Shown: positions 9,371 to 20,383, numbered from the stretch's first letter. The stretch is DNA of 64,000 nucleotides from Candidatus Obscuribacteraceae bacterium (GCA_044229845.1 JBGASG010000001.1:384001-448000); one strand, 5' to 3'. Program-made: numbers and translations. Notes: generated by a model from the letters alone, not told the origin.

Positions 9371-12300
9371 CTAGATGCCGGGAATCGGGTGGGCTGAGGC
9401 GTGCGGTTTGTTCGGCAGCCACTTGAATGACTTCTCTATTGAATGCGAAATGGTGTTGGCCGAATTGACCGGACCGCGCGCGACAAACGTGAAGGCGCGC
9501 GGGTTGTCGGAGGCGATGTCTCCCAGCAAGGGGATGGACGGCAGGCTTTGCAGCTTACGGAAGGTAATCACCCCGAAGGCTTTTTGCATTGTGAAGTTCT
9601 TGGAGACGCTGCCTACCGGACCAGGAATCAAGCTGGTGGCAACTCGCGGAATGTTTCCGGCCACTTCCACCGATACGGTGCGCAACGGGATGTTCCATGT
9701 GCCGGCGGCGCGCAGACGCATATCGTTGCCTTCGAAATAAAGCTTGTCCACGTCGACCAGTCCGTTGGCGATCGAGAAGTTTCCTTCGATGGACTTGAAG
9801 CGTCCTGTTTTCACCGGTACAACCGACTGCAGGAGGTTGTTCAGGTTAAAGCCGAACAGTCCCTGGTGCAGGAAATTGGCTTGCGTGAGCTTCTCCTGCA
9901 GCTTGCCGAACTTGTGCACCTGTCCGCTGAATATATGGATCTTGCCGTGACCATCCAGGTTTTCAGTGTAGTGGGACAGAGAAGGTCCCTGGCTGTCGAG
10001 CGTAATGCGGGCGTCTGCCAGTCCGCTGATCTCGCCGGAGTGTTCCATGAGATCAGAGAAGAACTGATCGACCTGGAGGTCGTCGAGCGAGATCTCCGTA
10101 TGACACTTGGTCGACTCGGGTTCGAACCAGCCTTCGAATTTGACCTTGCCGCCGGACACGCTGGCGAGACCGTCTTTGACCACCAGTTTGGGATTGGCAC
10201 CGTCCTGCAACACGATTTTGGCGTGCGCATCATGCGCTTTGATGCCGCCGTAAACTCCTGATTGCAGGCTGATTGTCGCCTCTGAACGCTGCTTATTGCG
10301 CTTGAGACTTTCCGGGCGGAATACCGACCAGCGCGGTGTGTCGATGCGACCGGTGATGTTTTCCATCTTCATCTCGGGAATCGACAGATTGTTGACCGAG
10401 ATGTCGCCGTGCGAGAGCAGGTGTCCCGGAGTGCCTGCAAGGGCCAGGGTGCCGCGGGCTGTTCCACGAATACCGTCGGTTTTGATGGTCGGATCGATGA
10501 CTGCGACCAGGGTGCTTGCCGGCACCGGATTTGGAGTGGTGAGAATCAGGTCAAAGGTCGGGGCCTTTTGTTTGTCGGCGGTCCATTCATATTTGCCGTT
10601 GCCCTGCAATATCGATTGCCCGCTGATCACGTGGCAGTTGTTCAGTTTGACGCAACCGGCATTTGGCTGTCCGTTGAAAGCCATTGATCCATCAATGACC
10701 AGCGGTGATTTGGCCGGCTGGAAGAGCGTGCCCATCTTAGTTTTGACGCGCAACCCGGTGGTTTCATCCCCGCGGCAGCTGAAGATGGCGGTGAAGGCAT
10801 CCATCGCTCCGGCGGCGTGCGCGCGCATGGTCAGCGGTGCGGTGGCGGTCACCTCGATCTTTTGATTCTTGTACATGGCACCGAGTGCCGACTGAATATC
10901 TTGTGGTTGCAGTTGTCCGCGCACTTCCACGACCCAGCGGGCTGTGCGCTTTTGGTAGTCGGTCATGTTGCCGTTGACGGAGACGCTGGTTTGCCCGATC
11001 ACACCTTGAATATCCTGCAAGAGCAGTTCGTTCTTAGAGGCTGCCACCACTCCTGCTGCTTGCTTGAAGGGCACATCACAGATGGTGCCGCCGGCGTTAT
11101 AAAACCCGAACACGCCTTCCAACTCCGGCTCATTTCCTGCCATGCTCATGTACAAGTCGCCGTAAAGGTGTCCGTGTACCGAAGCCAGTCCGTTGCGGGT
11201 GAGAAACTCGTTGTAGGGCTGGCTGATGTCGCGCGGCGCATAAGCCGACGACAAATATGTGTGCACCTGGTGAAAATCGACACCATTGCTCTTAATTTTG
11301 ATCCAGTCTGTATGCGGCTTGCCGCTGAAATCCGAGACCTGGCAGCTGACGGTGAACTTGCCGGATGGGCTGACAATTCCCAGGTCGGTGAGAGCCAGCT
11401 GGTCGTTCAGGAAACGCACATTGCCGGAGTTGAATTTCAGTGTTTTAGCCACTTCCGGAGGCAGAGCGTTGCCGTGATAAGTCATGTTCTCGGGTGAGAT
11501 AGACAAATTGATCACCGGCTGTTTGGCAGTGCCGTGCACCGACAGGTAAAACTCTCTGGCCTGTCCGCGAAACTCCGCCAGTGTTTGCGGATACTTCAGT
11601 TGCAGCGCTTTGAACAACGTCAAAACATTGTCCATGTCAACGTGCTGACCGGTCATAGTAAAGTCGCAGGGACCGACCTGACCGAGGCGCCCGCGCAGAT
11701 TGATATTGCCGGCTTGGTCCTCGTTGTGCGGTGCTTTCAGCAGTCCGTGGATATCGTTGAAGACGATGCTGGAGCCGTCGTATTCCAGACCGCCGGACAA
11801 GCCGGTGGCGATCGGTTTTTCCAGAGTAGAGCTGATGCGGGCATCGATTAATCGCGAGTGCAACTTGATTTGCCTGGCTTTTTGTTTAATCGCCAGCTCA
11901 CCGCGCAAGTCCAGGCGCCCCGACAATGCCAGCGGCTGCTCGCCTTTGCCGTCGTGCAACAGTTTGCGCGTGTACTCTTCAGTGAGGGTGAGGTTGTCGC
12001 CCTGGAATGAGAACTGCGACTCTTTGCCGGCAGCATCGATGAAGCCGCTGGCTTTGATGGCGCTGCCGGAGACTGGTATTTCCACCTTCTTCAACGAGAT
12101 GCGGTTGTCGGATCCGATCTCGATATCACCGCGAATATCGGCTGTGGGATTGATGCTCAGTACGGCTCCCAGCGGGGAGGATGGGTCGGCGCCGACCATC
12201 TTTCTCAGCGGCACACGCTCGGCTTTGACCGTGGTGACGATGTGCTGCTCCTGATTGTCGCCCGATACCTTCAGCGCCACCAGTGCCGAGCTGTCAGCCG

Positions 12301-13540
12301 GAGATTTGGCGAATGGCGGTGCGACATTGTTGGTGTACGGCTGACCCACCGCCGCGTGCGGAATCGGCGCGATCACAACATTGGCGTTGTGCAAAAGCCG
12401 AGCCATGGCGGTGCTTCCGAATGCTTCGATGTTTGCCAGTCGCGCATTGACGTCCGCGGCATAACGCGGATTTTTCGCTTGCCAATCGCTGATTTCGCCG
12501 CTGGATTCTATGCGCACCTCACGGCTGGCGACTGAGGTGTTGTCCCAGTGCAATTTATCTTTCGAGAACGTGAGGCGGGCCGTGGCCATCATGGCGGGCA
12601 TCTCCACCGGTTGCGCCGGGGCGCTGCCGGACACCATTATGTTTTTCATGGTGCTGGTGATGACCGCTTTGATGCCCGAATCAAAGACACCGTCGGCGGT
12701 GACTTGTACATCGCAGTCGCCGCTGGCTTGCGCCATTGAAGGTACGAATGTTTTGACATCGAGCGGGTTGAGATGCGTGATGCGCAGATCGCATTTGTAT
12801 TTGTGGCTGCGCCAGTCTGGGAAGTGTCCGGCGCCGGTGACGTCGACCTTGACGGTCGTGAACTGGGTGGCGTCCGGCTGACGCTTGAACTTGAACGCCA
12901 GGTAAAAGGGCCATTGCTGCTTGCGCTTTGTGGAAATCAGCTTGACGTCTACGTTTTGCAGGTCATAGTTTTGCCAGTCGTCTAATTTGATATCCAGGCC
13001 GGTGGCCAGCTTCATCGGCTCGCCCTGGTAGACGGCCGCGGGCAAACGTTTCAAGTGCAGCTGTGCGTCATCGAGTTGCAGGTATTTCACTTCCGGTCCG
13101 TCCACGAACAGATCGGTGATGTTCCAGCGGGTGGGAGTCTGCCAGGTCGCCCAGATTTCCGGATGTTGAAACTTGAGATGATTGATGATCAGCACGCCGC
13201 GAAAGAGCGGTGTGAACGCAATGCCGATCTCGCTGGGACCAGATTTGATGCAGGGGCCGCCGTCTGTGTCCTTCACAATGAAGCGGTCGGTATTAACTGA
13301 GATGCCGTTAAAACCCAAAGTCCAGGACAGCCTGCCCAGCCGCACCTGGCGGTGGAAAGCCGAACTCAGCTGCCCCTCGATCTGCGGGCGAGCCCACTCG
13401 ATATTCATCAGTAATGCAACGCCGAAAATCAGCACCAGCGAGGCAACCCAGCCGGTGATGAAGCGCACTGCGATCCAGGTGTAACGCGCCTTCTTGAGCA
13501 GCGCAGCGCCAGTGCCAGATTTCGGATTTAGTTCAATCAC
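9371..13540 (-). CDS. AsmA-like / YhdP-type envelope bridge protein
   Basis: 1389 aa, N-terminal TM followed by RPQIE..LS..FHRQV.LG.L; beta-taco-like repeats; AsmA_2-like C-terminus. Confidence 0.8.
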   Translation of the reverse strand: MIELNPKSGTGAALLKKARYTWIAVRFITGWVASLVLIFGVALLMNIEWARPQIEGQLSSAFHRQVRLGRLSWTLGFNGISVNTDRFIVKDTDGGPCIKSGPSEIGIAFTPLFRGVLIINHLKFQHPEIWATWQTPTRWNITDLFVDGPEVKYLQLDDAQLHLKRLPAAVYQGEPMKLATGLDIKLDDWQNYDLQNVDVKLISTKRKQQWPFYLAFKFKRQPDATQFTTVKVDVTGAGHFPDWRSHKYKCDLRITHLNPLDVKTFVPSMAQASGDCDVQVTADGVFDSGIKAVITSTMKNIMVSGSAPAQPVEMPAMMATARLTFSKDKLHWDNTSVASREVRIESSGEISDWQAKNPRYAADVNARLANIEAFGSTAMARLLHNANVVIAPIPHAAVGQPYTNNVAPPFAKSPADSSALVALKVSGDNQEQHIVTTVKAERVPLRKMVGADPSSPLGAVLSINPTADIRGDIEIGSDNRISLKKVEIPVSGSAIKASGFIDAAGKESQFSFQGDNLTLTEEYTRKLLHDGKGEQPLALSGRLDLRGELAIKQKARQIKLHSRLIDARISSTLEKPIATGLSGGLEYDGSSIVFNDIHGLLKAPHNEDQAGNINLRGRLGQVGPCDFTMTGQHVDMDNVLTLFKALQLKYPQTLAEFRGQAREFYLSVHGTAKQPVINLSISPENMTYHGNALPPEVAKTLKFNSGNVRFLNDQLALTDLGIVSPSGKFTVSCQVSDFSGKPHTDWIKIKSNGVDFHQVHTYLSSAYAPRDISQPYNEFLTRNGLASVHGHLYGDLYMSMAGNEPELEGVFGFYNAGGTICDVPFKQAAGVVAASKNELLLQDIQGVIGQTSVSVNGNMTDYQKRTARWVVEVRGQLQPQDIQSALGAMYKNQKIEVTATAPLTMRAHAAGAMDAFTAIFSCRGDETTGLRVKTKMGTLFQPAKSPLVIDGSMAFNGQPNAGCVKLNNCHVISGQSILQGNGKYEWTADKQKAPTFDLILTTPNPVPASTLVAVIDPTIKTDGIRGTARGTLALAGTPGHLLSHGDISVNNLSIPEMKMENITGRIDTPRWSVFRPESLKRNKQRSEATISLQSGVYGGIKAHDAHAKIVLQDGANPKLVVKDGLASVSGGKVKFEGWFEPESTKCHTEISLDDLQVDQFFSDLMEHSGEISGLADARITLDSQGPSLSHYTENLDGHGKIHIFSGQVHKFGKLQEKLTQANFLHQGLFGFNLNNLLQSVVPVKTGRFKSIEGNFSIANGLVDVDKLYFEGNDMRLRAAGTWNIPLRTVSVEVAGNIPRVATSLIPGPVGSVSKNFTMQKAFGVITFRKLQSLPSIPLLGDIASDNPRAFTFVARGPVNSANTISHSIEKSFKWLPNKPHASAHPIPGI

Positions 13541-13822
13541 GTAGTAACCAATGTAGGGGGTGACAAGCGGACTCGAGCGGCTTTCGCCCTACTAGCTCAT
13601 CTGACTTCTGAAATTGACGACTGTTCCCGAAACGGCGGGAATTGACCGCAGATACCGGCCAAAACAGCGCAGCAATCTTTCACCCCGTGGCAAAAGGTCT
13701 ATTTGAGGGTATCACATGGGTGTCATGACGCCAAGAGGACCAGATTTAGTAATAGAAGAGATATAATCGGCAAACGCTTGGTGGGGCGGGAGTCGCAGCG
13801 TCTGCGAACGGCTATAACCTTA

Positions 13823-14086
13823 ATGACTAATAGTGATTCACTTAGAAGCAGAAACTACGAGCGAGAAGAGCTTGACAATCTTTGCTGGCCGGTTTTTGAA
13901 CGGCTTTTGTCCGAGCTGGGACCGCGTTACGAAAACTGGATTGTTGTCATTGAACCGGACACGGGAGAATACTTTCTCGGTCTCGACGATTACGAAGTGT
14001 TGAACCGCGCCCGCAAGAAATTTCCTCGTTCGCAGTTCTTTGCGTACAGGCTGAATGAAAATCCTGCTGTGGATGTACTGAACTGA
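13823..14086 (+). CDS. small protein, DUF5678-like
   Basis: Y.NWIVVIEPDTGEYFLG.D....L.RARKKFP pattern; upstream of retropepsin-like gene. Confidence 0.7.
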   Translation: MTNSDSLRSRNYEREELDNLCWPVFERLLSELGPRYENWIVVIEPDTGEYFLGLDDYEVLNRARKKFPRSQFFAYRLNENPAVDVLN

Positions 14087-14115
14087 AAACGGAAGCTGAA
14101 CTGAAAGAAGAAACT

Positions 14116-14508
14116 GTGGCTGCGGACGAACGGCAACTAATTGACGAAGGACTGATTCACGGTCGGATTGACGAGCAGGGTCAGGTCTTGCTGCCCGTGA
14201 TCGTCATCGCCGCCGACGGCCTGGAATTGGAAGTGGAAGCCGCGGTTTCACTCAGCTTTCTGGGTGCCATGGCCGTCAGCGAAGATCTGGTCCGCCGCCT
14301 CGGCTGGCGTCGGTTGGGCACACGCCGGGTGATTTACGGATTTGAAACCGTCCTTATGGATCACTTCCTGGGCACCGTGTCGCTGGGCGGTGAGCCGTAT
14401 CAAGCGGTGGTCTTGTCCGGTGTGCGTCGCACCATGATCGGGCAAAAGCTTTTAGCCGGGCGGCATCTGCATCTCAACTTTTCCACCAGCACGGTCGTGC
14501 TTGAGTAG
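14116..14508 (+). CDS. clan AA aspartic protease-like protein lacking catalytic DTG
   Basis: IHGRID...V.VIAADG..LEVEAAV(SLS)F.G...LG...IGQKLL.G..L..F fold pattern. Confidence 0.7.
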   Translation: MAADERQLIDEGLIHGRIDEQGQVLLPVIVIAADGLELEVEAAVSLSFLGAMAVSEDLVRRLGWRRLGTRRVIYGFETVLMDHFLGTVSLGGEPYQAVVLSGVRRTMIGQKLLAGRHLHLNFSTSTVVLE

Positions 14509-14563
14509 TCGCACAGCGGCGGGCTCGGTTTAATTAGACCACCTGGTGATAGAATCACCTTCT

Positions 14564-15892
14564 ATGGAAAAGCGCGTCGCTGTGATTGGCGGTGGACTGG
14601 CGGGCAGCGAAGCCGCCTGGCAGTTGGCGACCCTCGGCATACCGGTCGATCTCTATGAGATGCGACCGGTGATCAAGTCACCCGCGCACCACACATCGAA
14701 CCTTGCCGAACTGGTTTGCTCCAACAGCCTGGGTTCATTCGCACCACAAAATGCATCTGCTTTGCTCAAAGATGAGATGCGTGTCCTTGGTTCGAAGATC
14801 CTTGAGATAGCCTACCAGTGTCAGGTGCCAGCGGGAAACGCGCTGGCGGTCGATCGCGATGCATTTGCTCAGACCGTGACCGCAACCATTGAAAACCACC
14901 CGCTGATCAAGTTGCATCGCCAGGAAATGCCGCGCATCACCGGTGAAGGCATCACCATCATCGCCACCGGTCCTCTGACGTCTGAGGCTCTGGCTCAGTC
15001 GATACGCGAACTGACCGGCGCCGAAGCATTGCATTTCTTCGATGCGGCGTCGCCGATTCTCACCAAAGACTCTATCGATATGGATATTGTCTACGCCGCC
15101 AGTCGCTATGAACAGAGCGATGGTGCCTATCTGAATTGCCCGATGAACAAGGAGCAGTACCAGGCTTTCATGGAAGCGATACTGTCCGGCGAACGTGTGG
15201 AGTTGAAAGACTTCGAGAAGGACACCAAATATTTTGAAGGTTGTTTGCCGGTTGAAGTGATCGCTTCGCGTGGTTTCAATACATTGCGCTTCGGACCTAT
15301 GAAGCCTGTCGGGCTGCAGGATCCGCGCAACGGCAAACGCGCCTTTGCGGTTGTCCAATTGCGTCAAGACAATGCCGCGGCCAACTTGTACAACATGGTT
15401 GGCTTCCAAACGAATCTCAAGTGGCCTGAGCAAAAACGCATCTTCAAGTTGATACCGGGGCTGGAAAACGCAGAGTTCGTGCGGCTCGGCGTCATGCACC
15501 GCAATACTTATATGAACAGCCCGCTCGTCTTGCGCCGTACTTTACAAGCGAAGGCCAATCCAAATATTTTCTTCGCCGGACAACTGACTGGTGTCGAAGG
15601 TTACACGGAGTCGACCGCCGTCGGTCTGATTGCCGCTCGCAATGCCGCTCGAGTTCTGCAGGGAAAGGAGCCGGTCGAAGTTCCATCCAGCACCATGCTT
15701 GGTGCACTGATCAGATATATAACGACGGCCGATCCGAAACATTTTCAGCCGATCAATTCGAATTGGGGAATTATCGACACGCCACCAGATGTGATGCACG
15801 TCGAAAAAGAAGAACGGCGGCAGGAGATCGCGCGCCGGGCTCGCCGGATCATTGCACATGTGTTTGAAGCGGGCGCTGCGGTGCTCGCCTGA
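14564..15892 (+). CDS. trmFO: tRNA (uracil-54)-methyltransferase TrmFO (Gid)
   Basis: VIGGGLAGSEAAWQ, AELVCSNS, FFDAASPI, GFQTNLK, GVMHRNTY, GQLTGVEGY. Confidence 0.97.
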   Translation: MEKRVAVIGGGLAGSEAAWQLATLGIPVDLYEMRPVIKSPAHHTSNLAELVCSNSLGSFAPQNASALLKDEMRVLGSKILEIAYQCQVPAGNALAVDRDAFAQTVTATIENHPLIKLHRQEMPRITGEGITIIATGPLTSEALAQSIRELTGAEALHFFDAASPILTKDSIDMDIVYAASRYEQSDGAYLNCPMNKEQYQAFMEAILSGERVELKDFEKDTKYFEGCLPVEVIASRGFNTLRFGPMKPVGLQDPRNGKRAFAVVQLRQDNAAANLYNMVGFQTNLKWPEQKRIFKLIPGLENAEFVRLGVMHRNTYMNSPLVLRRTLQAKANPNIFFAGQLTGVEGYTESTAVGLIAARNAARVLQGKEPVEVPSSTMLGALIRYITTADPKHFQPINSNWGIIDTPPDVMHVEKEERRQEIARRARRIIAHVFEAGAAVLA

Positions 15893-16053
15893 AGCCGTTC
15901 TCCATGTTGTTGCCTGCAGTCCGCCGGCCGACTTTCGAATTAAATCGGTCGATTAAACAGACAGGAATGTAGAAAAAAGGTCCGATTGCGAATCAGTTGC
16001 ATTTGTTGCAATGACACTTTCTGCGAATCAATGTCACTTCTGCCGGGCTCGCA

Positions 16054-16344
16054 TCAGTCCAGCTTGCAAGTGCCCGTAAGCCGCACCGGTTGGCGACCGC
16101 GCTGGATGTATGCCTGATGCAGAGTCTTGTGGTTGCACTTGCTGATTGGTGTTATGTCTACGACGTACGGCAACACCTGCGGATTGAATTCCACCTTCTC
16201 AAAGGGGCGACCGTCGCCGTCGGTGAAGTATCCCCAGATTTCGTAGTAGTGGTCAGGTTCCATGTCCACGGTCGGTGCTTCGAACTGCCCGACGTGTTTT
16301 CCTGCAGGAGTGAACACTTTGACAATTGATTTTGCGTCAGCCAT
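16054..16344 (-). CDS. hypothetical protein
   Basis: 96-aa ORF with GAGG SD, natural composition. Confidence 0.7.
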   Translation of the reverse strand: MADAKSIVKVFTPAGKHVGQFEAPTVDMEPDHYYEIWGYFTDGDGRPFEKVEFNPQVLPYVVDITPISKCNHKTLHQAYIQRGRQPVRLTGTCKLD

Positions 16345-16558
16345 TTTTCGTGCGCCTCATCCCGACAGTTAGAGCTAGTTTTGCCTCGCTATTTTAATCA
16401 TTCGTGCACGGTTGAAAACCTTTGCCCGGGGCATTTTTTGTGTTAAGAAATACATGATTTCAATAAGGTGCCAAATCGCCTATCGAGCGGTACCATGGTT
16501 TAGTAGTAACGAGCCTGTACAAAGTTTTCAAATACCAATTCTTCCAAAGGAGTCGTCC

Positions 16559-16783
16559 ATGTCATACACCATCGTCGCAGATCTGTGCGAAGGCATTGCC
16601 GATTGCATTCCGGTCTGCCCGGTAGAGTGCATCCACTGGGCTGAGGGCAAAACCAACACCAAGGGCACAAAATACACCTATATCGATGACAGCACTTGCA
16701 TCGACTGCGGCGCCTGCTTGTCAGTGTGCCCGATCGAAGGCGCTATTCTCGATGAGTGGCAGCCCGAGTTGCAAAAGCCTTAA
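16559..16783 (+). CDS. 4Fe-4S dicluster ferredoxin
   Basis: CEGIADCIPVCPVECI and CIDCGACLSVCP; AAGGAG SD. Confidence 0.93.
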   Translation: MSYTIVADLCEGIADCIPVCPVECIHWAEGKTNTKGTKYTYIDDSTCIDCGACLSVCPIEGAILDEWQPELQKP

Positions 16784-16808
16784 CACCAAATACGGTGCAA
16801 TTCTTCGA

Positions 16809-16839
16809 ACACCGACTCGCAAGAGTCGGTGTTTCTTTT
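16809..16839 (+). terminator. intrinsic terminator
   Basis: ACACCGACTC-GCAA-GAGTCGGTGT followed by TTCTTTT. Confidence 0.75.
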
Positions 16840-16890
16840 GCCGGCGAAAGGGCCGCGGCACCGTATTTGGTGACAATGCTCGGTTCGACT

Positions 16891-17607
16891 CTAAAATGTG
16901 TTGCAGGACATGGCCAGTTGATGTGCTGCGCGCGTCAAGTCTCGCATGGTTGTTTCGACGTGCAGGCGCAGCTGTTCTGTTTCTTCGCCTGTCAGTTCTG
17001 ACGGTACTGGAATCGGATCACCGAACAACTGCACATAAGGCGATGACCAGTGTGGAAACATGTAGGCGTCCCAGGAGGGCAGGTTCCAGTAGTGGCGCGC
17101 CTGGCAGACGACGGGAATGATCGGCGTGCCCGACATTTGAGCCAGCCGGATCAATCCAGTCTTCACTACTTCTTTCGGTCCGCGCGGACCGTCGACATAG
17201 AAAAGTAAGTTGTTGCCTTTTTGCGCGGCATGCAACATGCCGACGCCGCCTTTGACTGCGCCATGAGCCGGCGAACCGCGAGCCGGTGTGGAGAAACCCA
17301 TGATCAAGCTGGCGCGCCCGATGATCTCGCCGTCGCGGCTGGCACTGGCGAGCCCGGTGATGATGTTGCGCCAGGGGAGAAACATACTGGCTGCCATGTG
17401 TCCGTGGTAGAGCGCGTAAAGGACCGGTTTGCGATTTTCACCGAAGAGAGCTTCTTGCGCGGCCGGACTGTACATAACTGAAGCGTTGAAGCAGCCACAC
17501 CAGAACATCGTCCCCTTGGCAGCTCCGAGCGCCAGTGAACTGATGCGCAATCGGTCGAGAGCGGGGTGGTTATTGAAGAACTGTCGCAAGCTGAAGCGTT
17601 TAGCCAT
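16891..17607 (-). CDS. DUF374 lysophospholipid acyltransferase-family protein
   Basis: SASRDGEII, RGS, VDGPRGP, G.I.LAQ.SG.PIIP, SWD...P.P motifs. Confidence 0.85.
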   Translation of the reverse strand: MAKRFSLRQFFNNHPALDRLRISSLALGAAKGTMFWCGCFNASVMYSPAAQEALFGENRKPVLYALYHGHMAASMFLPWRNIITGLASASRDGEIIGRASLIMGFSTPARGSPAHGAVKGGVGMLHAAQKGNNLLFYVDGPRGPKEVVKTGLIRLAQMSGTPIIPVVCQARHYWNLPSWDAYMFPHWSSPYVQLFGDPIPVPSELTGEETEQLRLHVETTMRDLTRAAHQLAMSCNTF

Positions 17608-17778
17608 TGCCCTATTTTCACTTGAAAGCTGAACAGAAAGCGACGGCTGAGTGCACTTTTATGTAACGAGCCCGGTTTCGAACTGTTTCAGGAACGCCAA
17701 ATGCGCCACTGAGCCTGGCTCCGCGTGTTATCATATCGAGCTGGACAAACCGAAAATATAAGAGACGGAATCGCAGCA

Positions 17779-18045
17779 ATGCTAGACGTAGAAAGCAAAA
17801 CAGCAATCATAGAAGCAAACAAGACGGGCAACAAAGACACCGGCTCGCCTGAAGTGCAAGTGGCTCTCCTTACGGAGCGCATCACCCAGCTCACCGAGCA
17901 CCTGAGAACGCACAAGAAAGATTTCCACAGCCGTCGCGGGCTGTTGATGATGGTAGGTAAGCGGCGCCGACTGCTGCAATACCTCAACCGCGAGAATCCC
18001 ACGCGGTACCGCAACCTCATCGAAAAACTCGGATTGAGACGTTAA
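17779..18045 (+). CDS. rpsO: 30S ribosomal protein S15
   Basis: [13 protein letters not shown]...[12 protein letters not shown]; upstream of pnp. Confidence 0.98.
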   Translation: MLDVESKTAIIEANKTGNKDTGSPEVQVALLTERITQLTEHLRTHKKDFHSRRGLLMMVGKRRRLLQYLNRENPTRYRNLIEKLGLRR

Positions 18046-18050
18046 GCACT

Positions 18051-18081
18051 AAAAGAGGCGGGCTGTCTGGTCCGCCTTTTT
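18051..18081 (+). terminator. intrinsic terminator after rpsO
   Basis: AAAAGAGGCGG...CCGCCTTTTT hairpin with T-tract. Confidence 0.7.
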
Positions 18082-18220
18082 GCTATTTGACAATATGACA
18101 CCACCGGTGGTTGTCAAGGGCGCAAGTTAAAGACAACAAGCAGTTTTATAGAAGGGGTTGCGGAACAGGGTTCCGTGACCGTTTTCGCATCCATATTAAT
18201 GATGAGAAAAGGAAGTAGAG

Positions 18221-20383
18221 ATGGCAGTAGAAATGGACACAAAACACCAAGTCAGTTTTGAACTGGACGGAAAAGAAATCAGCTTGCGAACCGGCCGTAT
18301 GGCCAAGCAGGCAAGCGGCGCAGTGGAAGTGCGTTGCGGCGACACATATTTGTTGGTCAGTGTCACCGAAAGCAAACAACCGCGTGAAGGCATCGACTTC
18401 TTTCCGCTGTTGGTCGACTTCGAAGAGAAGCTTTACAGCGTCGGTCGCGTTCCGGGCAGTTTCACCCGTCGCGAGGGCAAACCTACCGACAAAGCCATTT
18501 TGGTCAGCCGGTTGATCGACCGCCCGATTCGTCCGCTGTTCAAAGAAGGCTACAAGAAAGATGTCATGGTAGTGGCAATCTGCATGAGCTCCGATCAGGA
18601 AAATCCGCCGGATACCCTGGCCATGCTTGGGGCTTCCTGCGCCATCGAACTGGCTGGACTGCCCTTTGCTGGACCGATCGGCGCCGTCCGCGTCGGACGG
18701 GTCAAAGGCACGCAGAAGATGATCATCAACCCGACTTACGAACAGATTGCCGAGTCGGACATGGACATCATCATTGCCGGCACCGAAAACTCGATCATGA
18801 TGGTCGAAGCCGGCTGTCAGATGGTCTCGGAGCGCGACGTGCTGGCGGCTATCGATGCCGGACACCAGGCGATTCGCAAACAAATCGAAGTGCAGAAAAA
18901 CTGGACTCGCGACCTGGGAATTCAGAAGAAAGAATTCGTCGCTCCTGAGAAGAACGAAGAGCTGGAGCAAATCATCCAGGAATATGCCACCGAAAAGTTG
19001 AAAGCTTCAATGAACGGTGTCACCGATAAAGTGGTGCGCCAGACGCTGGTCGACGAAGCGGAAGCTGCGGTGACCAATAAGATCGCTGAATACGACGAAG
19101 ACCACCCGCTGCGCGCCTTGTCCGCCAACTACATCGGCGGCGCGTTGGAAGAGTACGAAGCCAAACTGATGCGCGCCCAGGTGCTCGACACTGGCAACCG
19201 CGCCGATGGCCGCCGTTGCGATGAAATCAGACCGATTACAGTTGAGGTCGGCATTCTGCCGCGCGCTCATGGTTCGGGACTCTTCACTCGTGGTTCGACA
19301 CAGGTCTGCTCCGTGGCTACACTCGGAACGGGCATGGATGCGCAACGCCTTGACTCGGTCGATCCGGTCAAAGAAAAGAGATACATGCACCACTACAACT
19401 TCCCGTCCTATTCGGTCGGTGAAGTGAAGCCCAACCGTGGCCCCGGTCGTCGCGAAATCGGACACGGTGCTCTGGCTGAGCGCGCGATTTTGTCAGTGCT
19501 GCCGCCGGCGGAAGAGTTCCCCTACGTGTTGCGTGTGGTGTCCGAAGTTCTCGAATCCAACGGTTCAACTTCGATGGCGTCGACATGCGGTTCGAGTTTG
19601 GCTCTCATGGACGCCGGCGTGCCAATCAAGCACACAGTCGGCGGCATCGCCATGGGCTTGATTCTCGAAGGAGACCGCTTCGCGATTCTCTCCGATATTC
19701 AAGGGCTTGAAGATTTCCTTGGCGATATGGACTTCAAGGTCGCCGGCACGCGCGAGGGCATTACCGCGTTGCAGATGGACATCAAAATCGAAGGTATCTC
19801 GCTCGAAATCATGCGTGTGGCTCTTGAACAAGCTCGCCGCGGACGCATGCACATCATCGACAAAATGGAAGAGGTATTGCCGGCACACCGCGAGCAACTG
19901 TCGACGTGGGCGCCGCGCATTATCACCATCCACATTGAGCAAGACGAGATCGGCACGGTTATCGGACCCGGCGGCAAGAATATTCGCCGAATCATTGAGG
20001 AAACCGGTGCCACCATCGACATCCAGGACGACGGTACCGTCCTTATTGCCAGCGTTGAGAGCGCAGGTGGGGAGGCGGCGCGCGACTGGATCGTGCGTAT
20101 GCTGAAAAAAGTTCAGGTAGGCGGCATATATGGCGGACGCGTCACCCGCATTATTCCTGTCGGAGCCTTCGTTGAAGTGCTGCCCGGCAAGGAAGGCATG
20201 GTGCACATCTCGCAATTGGAAAACCGTCGTGTCGAGAAGGTGGAAGACAGCGTTGCGGTTGGGCAACGTGTCGTGGTCAAAGTGCGTGAAATCGACGACC
20301 GCGGCCGCGTCAATCTGACCATCAAAGGCGTCACTCCGGAAGAAAAAGAACAAGCCGAACGCGAGTCGGGCATCTCCTCGTAG
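18221..20383 (+). CDS. pnp: polyribonucleotide nucleotidyltransferase (PNPase)
   Basis: DFFPLLVDFEE, RLIDRPIRPLF, ESNGSTSMAS, GDMDFKVAGT, KH and S1 domains. Confidence 0.98.
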   Translation: MAVEMDTKHQVSFELDGKEISLRTGRMAKQASGAVEVRCGDTYLLVSVTESKQPREGIDFFPLLVDFEEKLYSVGRVPGSFTRREGKPTDKAILVSRLIDRPIRPLFKEGYKKDVMVVAICMSSDQENPPDTLAMLGASCAIELAGLPFAGPIGAVRVGRVKGTQKMIINPTYEQIAESDMDIIIAGTENSIMMVEAGCQMVSERDVLAAIDAGHQAIRKQIEVQKNWTRDLGIQKKEFVAPEKNEELEQIIQEYATEKLKASMNGVTDKVVRQTLVDEAEAAVTNKIAEYDEDHPLRALSANYIGGALEEYEAKLMRAQVLDTGNRADGRRCDEIRPITVEVGILPRAHGSGLFTRGSTQVCSVATLGTGMDAQRLDSVDPVKEKRYMHHYNFPSYSVGEVKPNRGPGRREIGHGALAERAILSVLPPAEEFPYVLRVVSEVLESNGSTSMASTCGSSLALMDAGVPIKHTVGGIAMGLILEGDRFAILSDIQGLEDFLGDMDFKVAGTREGITALQMDIKIEGISLEIMRVALEQARRGRMHIIDKMEEVLPAHREQLSTWAPRIITIHIEQDEIGTVIGPGGKNIRRIIEETGATIDIQDDGTVLIASVESAGGEAARDWIVRMLKKVQVGGIYGGRVTRIIPVGAFVEVLPGKEGMVHISQLENRRVEKVEDSVAVGQRVVVKVREIDDRGRVNLTIKGVTPEEKEQAERESGISS

